Source: Daphnia carinata
Lineage: Eukaryota
Assembly: GCF_022539665.2 (NCBI RefSeq)
Contig: NC_081331.1
Coordinates: 5,394,001 to 5,458,000, forward strand
Reading direction: 5' to 3'
DNA: 64,000 nucleotides
The position numbers and the translations under genes were made by a program. Positions 1-12,316 of the stretch are shown in pieces; position 1 is the first letter of the stretch, and every line of letters begins with the position of its first letter. The notes below the pieces were generated by a model. That model searched no databases, was not told where the DNA came from, and saw only the letters and a program-made list of their open reading frames with translations.

Positions 1-3000
1 AAGTCGGTTCGCTTTCTTTTAAACTTCCACTCATGCTATCCATGCTGACGTGTTTGTGGCTGGCGATCAATAGCTCGTAGTCTGAACCCAGAGTCTGCAT
101 AGCGTCAACTATAGCAGTAAGCTATGAACGGCCAGATGAATCGAACTATCCGACGGACGCATGGAATAGCTGGCCTGGACTCCACCCACTTGTAGTTCGG
201 CAACACTTCGTCCTCGTGACTGAACTTCCACTGAAAGTTGTTCAATATTAAATTGGGCCATGAACCAATGTTCTTCCGACTTCTCCGTTTCAGTTATGGA
301 TGCATCCGTTTCGTCGGTATCACCATCTTCAGAGGCTGTATCGTAAACAGAAGTGGGTACAACGTTGGGACGGAATTGCTTGGACACAGACAGAAGAGCG
401 TGGATCTTTGGTTCGTTAATATGGGCCACAAGGTGAGGTAGGGATCCAGTCAAAGTCAAAAATGGTTTCTCCAAATCGGGTAGGATTCTTCCGTACTTTT
501 CGACATGGATCAGAATAGAAAATCGGTCCAGAAGGTGGAGGGCGGATGTGCCTTTTAAATGCGCTTGCTTCCAGTTGTCTTTGACGCGACACACGAGCAG
601 CTGTAGATCGGAAAAGTGTACATTATACTTATCCGATACATCATTGCATTCCTTGCTACCACTCGTAAAGCTATTCACGTCGTGAGTGTCGTCAAGTGGT
701 GTGGTTACAGCTGATTCATTGGGCGGCGTCGAGCAAGGGGTGATGTATTGTTCGTCGTCGTCGTCTTCATTGCTATTTCTGGTTGTCGTTTCTAATTCAG
801 CAGCGATGCAATTGACAGTACTGCGCGTCACATGGAAATGTCCAAAATCTATGATCATAAGAAGCGAATCGCGACTCACAACCGATTCCGGTATAAGAAT
901 ATGGGGCGCAGAGATGTTAATTAGCAAGTCCCATGACTGTAGCTCTGATGATAAATTCACGGATGAGGGCGTTAACGTCTGCGTTAAACTTTCTTTCGTT
1001 TTCTGCTTGACGGCTTCAAAACCCGATCGTGCCGCCTGGCGTAGTCGTTGGCCTAATGCTGACCTCTCTTCCGTTGTGTTATGTGGTACGGAATAGAGTT
1101 CAATGATTTTTTTAAATAAACTGTGATTGTAAACACATTCAATGGCCAACGACGTTATTTTCAATCGGTGATCCCAATTACTACCGGGAGGATGTCTTTC
1201 ATAAACCTATCAAAAAGTAAAATTGCAATAACCTCTGGTGATGTTGTACAGTATGAAAGCTTGACTCACGAAATCAAAAAGCGGCGCTTCATCTTGTGAA
1301 ACGTTCAAATTTGGACTTGACGGACTGCTGCGAAAGAACGGCAGGTTAAATCCAGGTAGAAGAGAACCCATTCCGGCAAAAGACTTGTAAGGTCGCGCAT
1401 CTTTTCTTTGCGGACACACGATTAGCGGGAAAAGTGAACCAGTGGTGGAACAATCGCGAACCCACACATTCCCCAGACTGAGATGGAATTTATTTGATTT
1501 CAGTCTTGGTCTTGACTCCCATTCTTGCAAAACGTTATCAAACTCTATTTCTAGGAGAGTACTCCAAGATTGACCTGTTTCAGTTCTGTGACAGGTGGAC
1601 AAGCGGATCAACCCTTGTTTCAAAGTTGAACTCAATTGTAGTGGTAGAATATCTCGCTGACGGACTGTATTATCTCTCATCGCATCTTCTAATGTTTCGA
1701 GGATCTCGTGTTCCACTCTGTCTTCGTTAGCTGATTGCTCATTTCCATTGGTACTTTCCTCTGCCGACCACCAGGATGAGAACCAACGCTGAAATAATGA
1801 TGAATTTCCTGTCACCGCATCGCCTAAGATCGATTCACTTTTCGATTGTGATTTGGCGATTTGCTGCATGGCAATTGATCGCAGCACTTGTAGTTCTTGT
1901 AGCTCAAGCTCTGATTCAATTCTTTCACGTTGCAGCTTTGATTCTGCTGTCATCCCGATTGGATTAAGAAGATGTTCCTTAAATGATTGAACATACAGAA
2001 CTATTTCTTTGGCGCGACGAATTACAAATGGCCAATTTCGAGATTGGTTCCTTTTCCGAATTTCAGCAATAATGCAATTCACTGAGAATTTCCATTGACG
2101 ATAGGATGTGGATTTGATTGAACTTCACTGTCTACGCGCCAACGACGGAACTGGAGACCACGAGACAACAATTCAAGAGACCTGCAACACTGAACCAATT
2201 GGTGATATTGAACGTCCCGAATTTCAATATTGACTCGGTCTAGCTGAAAATCGCACGCTACACGAGGCTGGTTGAGTGATCGAAGAGGTTTGACATTACA
2301 GTTCCTTTTCAAATGTGCATAACCACTGATAGGAGCCAAGAGAAATTCATTTCTTTCGATGGAGCAAGGTTGCATTAACCTGCTAGATAAAACATCCAGT
2401 GGTAGATTTGCAAAGAGCTCCGTGTTTGTATCCCAATACACCGCCAACCCGTCAAGTTCCAGTAGTTTATACATAAGCCCCTGATTTGTTGCTGACATGA
2501 ACTTTGGTACCCAACTTTCATCACACGTCTGCGCGGTGAGCGAATCGACGCGTATCCCACACGCAAATATTTTTCCTGGACAGGATATACCATCTTCATA
2601 TCGGATGTGTATGTCTTTAACTTTCAACTAAAACCAAAAAAAGCAAAGTTAAAATTATCAAATTGATGGGATAAATATATAAAACCAAAAACAAAAACAA
2701 AAATTCTCACAATTTACCTGTATGTTTTGAACAATGTTGGTGACAAGACTTGCTCCATAGCTGAGCCAAGATGAATAAGTCAACGAGTACAGGGATGATG
2801 ATGACAACCCTTGAGGGTCATTCTCTGATCTCCATTCAGCTTCCATCAAATCTAGAGCAGCCATCTTGCGCTCCAAGGGCTGCATTTTCCTCTGATTCTT
2901 CATTGTAAGGCTAGAATTCAGAAAGGTTTTCAATAAGGGAGGATGGGCATACAAAAATCTCTGAAAAATTACTTCGTTTTTATCCTTTGGGCCAGCAACC

Positions 3001-3321
3001 AAATAAAGTTGCTCAAAGGATATAACCCATGGCTCACTCCTTATTTTCCTCAGAGGTATCTGGAAACTAATTTTACCAACAAATCCAACATGGATTTGAA
3101 GGGGTAGGCCAAGTTGATCTAGGATGTCTTGCTTTAGTGGGACATTTTCTAGCTCAACCTCCCCTATAACAATCGAAAATGAAATAAAAGTCTGAAAGTT
3201 TTTCATAATTTTTCAACATTCTACCTTGCAAAAGCGCAACGGAGAGTTGATCAGTATTTAAATTTTCAAGATACCGTCCCAGATAGTTGTTGCAAAACCA
3301 TGCAACTAGTCTTTCCAACAT
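1..3321 (-). CDS. VPS13D: VPS13D lipid-transfer protein, N-terminal (chorein) part; runs off the window start; three apparent frameshifts
   Basis: ATG at 3321 gives [43 protein letters not shown]...[11 protein letters not shown]...[16 protein letters not shown], matching the VPS13D N-terminus. GT-AG exons at approx. 3321-3225, 3163-2973, 2910-2718, 2627-1270 and 1206-1. Later motifs include [24 protein letters not shown] and [19 protein letters not shown]. Confidence 0.92.
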
Positions 3322-3716
3322 TTCAGATAAAAATCTATGTTTTGTGCTATTAATCCATCAGTAGTTGGTTTACTCGACTAGTGACCAAAATATGCCATTA
3401 TTTTGTGATCTATTTTTTTTTCTAGTTTATTTTAAAGAACTAAGACAAGTTACCGCAAAAATGTAAACAAGTACAGAAGCAGACGACAAAGGAAGGAAGG
3501 TTTTTAGTGGGGTGGTGGGAATCGAACACTGATCTATATGGCGATAGGTGCCAGGAAATGGCAAACAAGTACAGAAGCAGACGACAAGACTGATGTATGG
3601 GGAAATGGCAAGAAGCGCACGCACTCTAGCCAGCAAGGCAACACTGCTTCTGAAGCAGAAGTCCCGAAACAAAACCAAAATAACAACTGCTCGGCCGGAT
3701 TCACGATTTTTGAAGA
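3322..3716. promoter_or_regulatory. Bidirectional promoter region shared by VPS13D and DHODH
   Basis: Divergent start codons at 3321 (-) and 3717 (+) are only ~395 bp apart. Confidence 0.6.
3465..3587 (+). repeat. 25-bp exact direct repeat AAACAAGTACAGAAGCAGACGACAA with a 73-bp spacer
   Basis: Identical copies at 3465-3489 and 3563-3587. Confidence 0.9.
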
Positions 3717-5214
3717 ATGTACTCACGTAAAGAAAAATTCATAGTACGTATCCGAATTTATTGAATTCCGAAAATAGGCTTAAATGTTCATTATTTTTAA
3801 AGAAACAACTTACCGCACTGGTCACTGTCACCTTGGGAGGCACTACAACTTTTGCCGGTCTCTGCATTTGGAATGGCAATGAGAAATTTTATCGAGATTA
3901 TGTAATGCCTTTCACTCGCCGTCTTGATCCGGAAACATCTCATGGGCTAGCCGTGTTCGCTATGAAGCATTGCCTCATAAAAAAACAACCAAAACCTGAT
4001 GCTGAATCTTTGGTAAGTAAAAAAAAATATGCATAAGGGTTGTGGACTAAAAAAACCAATTGATTATCCAGTCAACCAGGCTTTGGAACATCAACTTCTC
4101 CAACCCTGTTGGCATGGCTGCAGGGTTTGACAAACAGGCAGAAGCTATACAAGGGTTGCATAGAACAGGTTTTGGCTTTGTTGAAATTGGTTCTGTCACC
4201 CCAAAGCCCCAAGAAGGCAACCCTAAACCTAGGGTGTTTCGCCTTGAAGAAGACAATGCCATCATCAATAGGTAATATATGCCATTATGGTTCAATTTTG
4301 TCTGTAACTAAGTTGTGTTACCAAACAGATATGGCTTTAATTCAGAAGGCCATGAAGCTGTATTCAATCGAGTAAGGCAAGAAAAAGAAAAGCAAGAGAG
4401 AGCTATTATAGGAGTTAATTTAGGAAAGAACAAATTGTCCGGAATGGAAGACGTGAAAGATTACGTCACTGGAGTAGAGAAATTCGGTCCCATTGCTGAT
4501 TATCTAGTCATCAATATTTCCAGTCCTAATACACCTGGGTTAAGGGGACTTCAGCAAAAGGCAGAACTAGAAAATCTTATTTCACGCGTTTTGGAAGCGA
4601 GAAACAAATTGGGTACAGCAAATTTGCCACCGCTTTTGGTGAAAATAGCGCCTGATCTCAGCGAAGCCGAAAAGAAAGATGTTGCCAGCGTTATTTTGAA
4701 AGAGAAAGTAAGCCACTACCTTCCGCAAAACTGACAGTATCCTGTTCATTAACGTTTTTTATTATACAGTGTCGCGTCGATGGTATTATCGTGTGCAATA
4801 CCACAACTAGTCGACCACCTGAGTTAAAGAGCCAATGCAAAGATGAAATAGGTGGCCTTAGCGGTCAACCGTTAAAGGACATTTCCACACGATGCATAAG
4901 AGATTTTTATCGTTTAACAAACGGCCAGATCCCTATTATCGGAGTTGGTGGTATTGCCAGCGGTCAGGACGCATACGAGAAGATTTTGGCTGGTGCAAGT
5001 CTTGTTCAATTATACACTTCCTTCGCTTTGCAAGGGCCTCCTGTCGTCAGGCGAATTAAACGCGAGTTAGACGAAATTTTGAGGTTTGTATACTTGCCGC
5101 ATCCAATAGCCTTATTTTCCGTTGGGTAATCTTATTTGTAAACTTAAATCTCAAAGGTTGAATGGGTACCAGAATATCGCGGAAGCCATAGGCAAATCCT
5201 CCCAAGGCAACTGA
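3717..5214 (+). CDS. DHODH: Dihydroorotate dehydrogenase (quinone), mitochondrial, class 2
   Basis: Six phase-consistent GT-AG exons: 3717-3743, 3803-4012, 4072-4271, 4329-4707, 4770-5083, 5157-5214. Motifs [44 protein letters not shown] (catalytic Ser), [31 protein letters not shown]. Confidence 0.97.
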
Positions 5215-5687
5215 GTTTTTGAAGACATCAGTTACGCTTAATTGTGATCTGTTAATTATAATAATTGTCAATACAACTCTAAATTTTTTACTCAGTACAG
5301 CGAAGTAGATGCTATATTCCATTTTGATCTAGTTGAGAAAACAATTACTGGTGATGTGTTAAGCTCTTCGTGAATACAGTGAGGGAATTCCAACTGGCAT
5401 TTACCTTAACTGACTTGCCTACTCTCGTTATTCGTTACATCCAACAGTAACCCGAATCGCTTATTCAATCCCTTCATGTGACGGTTCACAATCGTCATTA
5501 GAAAACAATTGTTTTTGTTTGGTTTTTTTTGTTTTTGTTTTCTGAGGAGGAGACGATTTTCTTTTACTTCTTTCTATCAATCAGGTTGCCCTTGCTTGTA
5601 TTTGGTTGGTCGAATTTAATCTCTCACGAGGCAGCAATTCGTTTTATGGCCCCATGTTAGCAAATGCTGCTTCAAATTTGAAAGCTG

Positions 5688-8421
5688 TTAAAGCTGCTGG
5701 GGAACTTTGTTTGGCTTTACCATAAGGCAGCAACATGTGGTGAACATTGCTGTCAGATGAAACAAGGCGGTCGAAATAGCCTCGATGATCTCGAAGAACG
5801 TAAGGACGGAAGCACCGAGGAGCAAGCCCAACGAGCCCCCAATGTCGCACAGGAGCGGTATGGCGGTGTAGCCGTATTCCTCTTCTATGTCGTCGTAGGT
5901 CATATCCTTTCACATATCATTATATGATCGTCATTCGGTTGTGCATAAGACAGAAAGCTAAAATAACTTGCCTGATAAAATATTCGCAATTTCCCGAGAT
6001 TTTCCTGACCCCTTTTCATTTCCGTCGTTTCGGTGTACGTGATGTAAAAGTCTTGATTGCATTGTCTTGGGCAGGATGTACAGTTGTTTTCGGACCACTT
6101 CCCGAAGAAGAGGAGATTTTCTACCTTATCGCTGGCGGCTGCGTATGTCTGTGAGTCGTTGCATAACTTAACTGCACCGACTGTGTCAGCTATAGGTGAT
6201 CATTTAAAAACCAAGCTAGATAATGTGGCCGTAAAAAATAAATAAAAAAAGAGTTACCATCGATGTAGGGAAGCCGACATGTAGTAGCATCGGTAACTGC
6301 TTTGCTAAAACACTGTGCGATGCACTTGGAGTAGGAATAATCTTGCTCGTCGGAACACTCACGGCTTTCAGTATTTAACGTTCGAAACTAGGAAGCGACA
6401 CATACATAACTTGAAATGGAATATTCACGGATTAGCAGTTCAAACCTGCCTGACAAAAACGCGCATATCTTTGGCCCAACCACGATATAAAGTTGTGCCG
6501 TGACTACGAAGAATAACCAACGGCGAATCCTTACGGTCGTGAATGAGTAATTTCCATCCGCTTGTGTCCCCTCTGTACGCCAAAGGCTCAACATCGTGCA
6601 GCTTCAGTTACCGATGATAAAACTTAGCAAAATAATTTAGCCTCCATTTACAATATCTGTTCACCTACCTTGAGGTAGAAATTATTGAATAAGCCGGTAG
6701 TATCCACTACGGAATCTTCTTCCGAATAACGGGCAGAAAGTGCCATGATCAGCTATTGTTTTGAAATCCAAAAATGAAATACATACCTAGAGCATAGGAG
6801 TAACACACACCCATATAATTGTATATCTTTGTCCATTTCCCACGTTCGTCACACGTCTTATTCCTTCCAAAGAAACACTGAAATTCCAACAAAGTTTAAA
6901 ACCTTGAAAAAACAATTTACTAATTGAATAACATCTTTAAATTAATCACTGCTTACTTCGATGATCATTCTCTCAAGTGAATGAGATATAAAATTCCAGA
7001 GTTCAAGAACATCATAGCCACGAACACCGACCAAATCAGCTACTAAATTATTTATATTCAATTCTATTAAAATTATGGATGGGGCAGCTAAAATTAGTTG
7101 AAAATATCCACATACCATCCCATTTGTCAATCTCTCTCTGCGACAAGACGGTACCGTTCGTGCGCGTGATCAAATTTGCTTTTTCCGTTTTCAAGATCCC
7201 CATAGCTGTCATGTTGAACGTGTTCTTGTTGCAAATTGAGAGAATAGGAAAGGGAAGAGTTTCATTTCTCGACACGCGCACATTGACAGTTACTGGCGTT
7301 GACATGTAGTAAATCACACGATCGTGAACCTGCAGTAATCATTCAGATAGTTCAGGTTTTGAATAATGCAATTATGTTGTATACCGCACCAGCCTGGTAC
7401 GGTTGTTTCACAAGCAAACTCACTAGACGTGACGAGAAAATAGAAAATCTCACGCAGTAACGACAGATGAAAACTACTTTAGAGAGTACAACAACGAGAT
7501 TTTGATGTTCTTAAACTGACACTGACGTTTAGCCGTAACTAGCTTTGACTCACTGAATGGGCTGCAGACGACCCTTGGAAGCAAACACAAAAAGTGCGGG
7601 AAAATAAGAAGAAATTGGGCTAAACGGCTTCCGAAAACGATAAGCAAATAATAATAAGAAAAGAAATAGAAAAGCTAACGGACGGAAGAGACAAATAACA
7701 GTGAGACGGGCGTTTAGCAACAAATGCGAATATTCGCCGCGCCAATCATTACATAATGAAAGAGGAAATCAATCACCAATACAACTTTTCCTAAAATTTC
7801 CTGCTTTCCCTTGAGTGTTGGGCTGTTCAAACCTTATAGCGTAACATTCCCAATAGAAATCGCAATGAAAAGTAATGCGTAAAGAACCCCGAACGTTTTT
7901 CCAGGACATTGCACTCGGAGTAAAAAGAGGCGGCTAACGTTTGTTTAGATATATACCATACCTGGACCACGGCAATGCCGAAGCACGTGATTAGGATGAC
8001 AATCCAGATAACTCGACGGATCATTGAAGAGCCGATTCCAAACACGGCTCGCATTCCCTTGATAGTTAACACAAACAATAAAAGTTCGATGGAGAAGACG
8101 AAAGGGGAGGGAAACGCGTCAATCGAGATTAATACCACATAAATGGGAAATCCGTGTAAACGGTATCTAAGGTAGGGTCGGAATACAGAGAAGAGACAGA
8201 CGTATACGTACGGGAATGGAAATTTCGGCCATCGTCTTTTTAGCATCCACTCGTTTCACTAGGAAACCTGATTGAAGTTGGCGACCATTGCCGCTGATGC
8301 CGCAGTCTCCATCGCCGCCTGTTGTTATCGCCTCGGACGATTGTTGTTGGTGCTGACGTTGCGGCTCGTGGTGAGCCATCAAGGGATGCGGACAGAGTAC
8401 ACGATCGGAAAAGCTTTCCAT
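5688..8421 (-). CDS. DEG/ENaC (ASIC/pickpocket-like) sodium channel subunit; true start may lie further upstream
   Basis: Multi-exon model gives TM1 RRVIWIVILITCFGIAVVQ, FPILSICNKN, GVCYSY, GWKLLIHD, a Cys-rich thumb (YSYSKCIAQC...CRLPYI...CTSCPRQCNQ) and TM2 LLCDIGGSLGLLLGASVLTFFEIIE with the GAS filter. Confidence 0.9.
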
Positions 8422-11400
8422 GCCATCCGATGAGTAAGCGATGCCGCCAAAGTTCGTCTCCGTAATCGAGACCTTCTATTCAGAATTCCACGAGCAAATC
8501 AAAAAGAAATTCAGTGATGAATTGCTCGCTTCTCTGAACGTTTTGTAGCTAATACTTGTTGTTCCATTGCTTGATAGTTGTAGTCAGGGTTCCAATAAGA
8601 CGAATCATAAAAGAAGTCGATGACCGATACGGCCGCTGTGGTCGGTAAGTCTAATCTACATAATCAGGTTTAAATAGAAAAATGAACAGTGTAGTGAGTA
8701 CCATTTTGGAGTCTTTCAGTAACATGCAATCAGAAACACAGACGAGATTTCCCTAACGTTAAACTGTGAAGACCTGCGATTATGACACATCGACGTGTCT
8801 GATATCTTCCTTTGGCGGTGTGCTGCACGTCCTCGAAAGCTGATACTCCTCACTGAATTTCCCTTCACATCGTTTCTCGACAGCATTTTGCACTCCAAAA
8901 ATTTAGACACTGCTTGATTGATTCATGACACGTAAATGTTTCAACTAGTCAATGACCTGCACTCCGTAACCGATGATCAACGAATAAAGTTTATGCTCGG
9001 TTTGATACTAAAAAGACACGATAATTCCACAGAATACGACATGCGCATCATCAGCTTTCAGCTACGCAGGGGATGGCGGACAGCTGCTACTCTTTCGCAC
9101 ATTCATGCATGGTCAAATAGGTTATTGTTACCTTTATTTGCAACGTTTGCATTTACTATGCAGCATTAAAATACTTTGTGATAACCACCAGTCGCAAACT
9201 TATTACCTGACGCTGATCGGTGCCTTTGCGTTCGTTTCCCACGCTTGTTTGTAAATGCGTTTTGTTGGCAATAGACTTTAGCGTTCAGCCGTTCACCAAC
9301 ATCCAAAGTAGAAGTTGACGGAGCGGCCCGTCATCCGCCTATAACAGGCTCGTATATTATTTGCCATATTGTCGAGCGTGATATATATTCCATTGTTATC
9401 TGCCGACCGCCTGTTTCGGTATTATGTTTCTCGCAAGGTCGTTTACGCATGTCCTTTTCTACGGGCTATTTCTTAAAAAGGGTGAATAATGTGTTGACTA
9501 CTCGCTTGATTGCGTGACTAGTATGAAGGCATCTCTCAATTTCATCGCGTGTTTTTTTTCTCACAATCAACAACCTCCCTTTTTTTTCATAAGAATTGTA
9601 TCCAGTAGCTAGACAGTTGCAATCGTGTCGAAATCTAACTTACAAGAATTTGTAGTACGAGTTGCGTTTTCTTCTGTTGTTTGCATCTAGAAACAACTGG
9701 CGAACAAGTCTTTGATGAATGGCATCGTGAATCACTATACACAATGTTCGATGATTATCTTAAGTTTGCAACCAAATGAGAGTTCACTTGTGACGAAACA
9801 AAGGACACACCCGTGCCCGCTGGAAACCGGGTCTCTATCGAGTGAAAATGAACCACACCAAGAACTTCCGTGCGCAACGAGTTCGTGCAATTCGTGCCAC
9901 CCACACACTCTGTTCTGTTAGGAAAAAGACAGGGAGGCAGCTGAAATACGAATGACGCTTTTATTTGTTATTTCTTTAAATCAAAGATGTCTATGGTACT
10001 TCTTTAAATATAACGAATTCGGTTTGTTTCTGTGGTTTGGAAGAGGGCGAAAAGAGCTGCGCACGCATCCGCACGCGGCGACAAGAGCCATTGGCCGTGA
10101 AATGTGATTATTTTTACTTAGGAGGAACACACAACATCTAGCACAGCGTCATCTCGTCTGATTAGATTGTTGCCGACGTAATTTCGTGAGCACAATCGAA
10201 AGTGGTTGAAGGTTTCCTCGTCTCGAAAACAGACGTCTCGTTTTCAACAGTTGCCTTTAAGAAACAAAAAAAAAAAAAAACTGAAAGAGAAATTTAGAAA
10301 TGAAAAGAGTCAGCCAGACTTGTCAACCAAGAAACCGTTTCCGTCGGAGGCCAAACTTTATACGACGCTCGAATATTGGTGTCTGTTAAACTGGTTCGAT
10401 CGGACTGCGCGGCGACGATGGATGCGGGACGTTTGATCACGTTAGAAACCCCACGAATTGATACAAGAATCTAACCGGTTGGCGGCAACTAGTTCATCAA
10501 CCGCAAATGCCAACAACAACCATTCACAAATCGCAAATACACGCGTTAACCGCCCCACATGCCAATGGAATAATAGAACGTGGAAATTCCAGCTTCATTT
10601 CAAAATTATTCGAGCGTTGTGCGCAATGATGTGGGCATCACGATTTACGTCCTCGATTTCACGAGCATGGGCTATGCTAATCTCAACAACCCGGCTAACA
10701 CACAAGGGGAAATTTTATAGTAAAAGAGAGAAGAGTTTTGGTGCCTTGCCACGCATTAATGAACGTGGTAGCCATTTTTGTTAGTCTTTGTAAGACTGAC
10801 ACTTGTCAGTTTGGGTCAACAAAAACTGTTGGCAGAGCTGAGCCAGAAGAAAAACAAAGAACATGATAGGAAGCATCCAAGCGCAAGCCAAGGCCGACGT
10901 CATCTTCAACCGTTGATGGCGAGTTTTCCAGGCTACGATTGCTTCAACCGAGACTGTCACAAAGTGAAAGAAGCGTGACAGAACTCGTATACTCCATTAG
11001 CATTCGAGCACTCTATTTTTCTCTTGGGTGAACATATAGGGCTAACGCATTGGCCACGTCAACTGTCGCCTCTCAGACTGTTGGCTCTCCAACGAGTGCG
11101 ATGAGATTGTGCATTTTTGTCGACTAGTTCAATGAACATTTCGCTTTCGTTAGAAACCGACGTGCATCTCCGACACGTGTAGGACAAAAGAAACAATTCG
11201 ATTGGACCAACACAGTATATACAAATTCGTCTTTTAAGATTTCTTACCTGAAGTTGTATCTGCAACGGCTGATGGAGTGGCTTCATCATCGTCCACACGA
11301 GAATCTTTCACACAGACAGTAGAAAACAGGTTTTTGAATATTGTTGTAAGTTGTTAGGGCTATGGAGTCCTTGCATATCTAGACGAAGCAATCTAAAAGA

Positions 11401-12316
11401 TGTTGGCTTTGATTGCCTCGGAGAAAAAGCTTCTCGATAGGTCGTGTGGCGGGGAAATCAAATCGTGTTGTATTCAACACTCTAGACTAATAAGGAGTTA
11501 AAGGACTGCGTGTCGGAGAGACGGGTGAGAAAAAGTCTAGGAGAAATAAAAAAAAAGGGGGGCCCCACGTCAATAACCAGCAACAGGTATGCTGCATTGC
11601 ATTATTCGGATAAGGAACAGAAAAGCTTTTTTCTTTTTCTGGCGTCCGTATAAAACGTATATGGGAGAGAGGTGAAAGAGCTATAGAAAGAAAGGGAGAA
11701 AAGAAAATGAAAAAGAAAAACGAATCGGGGTCATGATAGCCATTGGCACATAGCCTTTTCTGACGTAGAGGTGTTATGGCTATAGCGGGGAGCTGCGGCT
11801 CGATCCCAACAGACACGCACACACAGCCATCATTCCTGATAGGTGAAAACGTTAAAGGAAAAAGGAAAAAAGAACTCTTTTCTCTTTTGTTCGGTAAGGG
11901 CACTTTCACCCGAGGACCTTGACATTAGCAATGCGGACCACACACACGTTGGCTGTTACAAGAGTTAGTCCCCCCCCCCCCCCCTCTCGATTCTAACCAG
12001 ACAAGCCCAGCAATCTGTTAGTACTCATTCAGTTCAGTCCAACAGGACCGCACTCTCAGTACGGAGAGCGCCCGGGAGTGGTACCGCAGGTGATTGTTGG
12101 GCTACTTGATAAACAGTTGTTGTTTTGTTTTTGTTTTTATTCTTCATCATTTTCATTTTGTCAATAATGATTTTTTTTTGTTTTTGAATTCCTGTGGCCG
12201 TCGTGATGGAGAGTTTTGAACGTTCCTAAACGATTTGAATAAGATGAATAACACATTTTGATTGATTGATTGTACTGGTGTATAGGTAATTTGCAGTGAT
12301 ACATCACAACAGATCG

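Noticed and set aside
3508..3560. Possible tRNA gene on the minus strand
   Set aside because: Only a T-loop/3'-end-like fragment is present. The T-stem is mismatched and no acceptor, D or anticodon arms are evident.
3548..3730. ORF MARSARTLASK... as the DHODH mitochondrial presequence
   Set aside because: It needs a weak donor (GTACTC). ATG 3717 with a GTACGT donor and a 59-nt intron gives a better, normal-length N-terminus.
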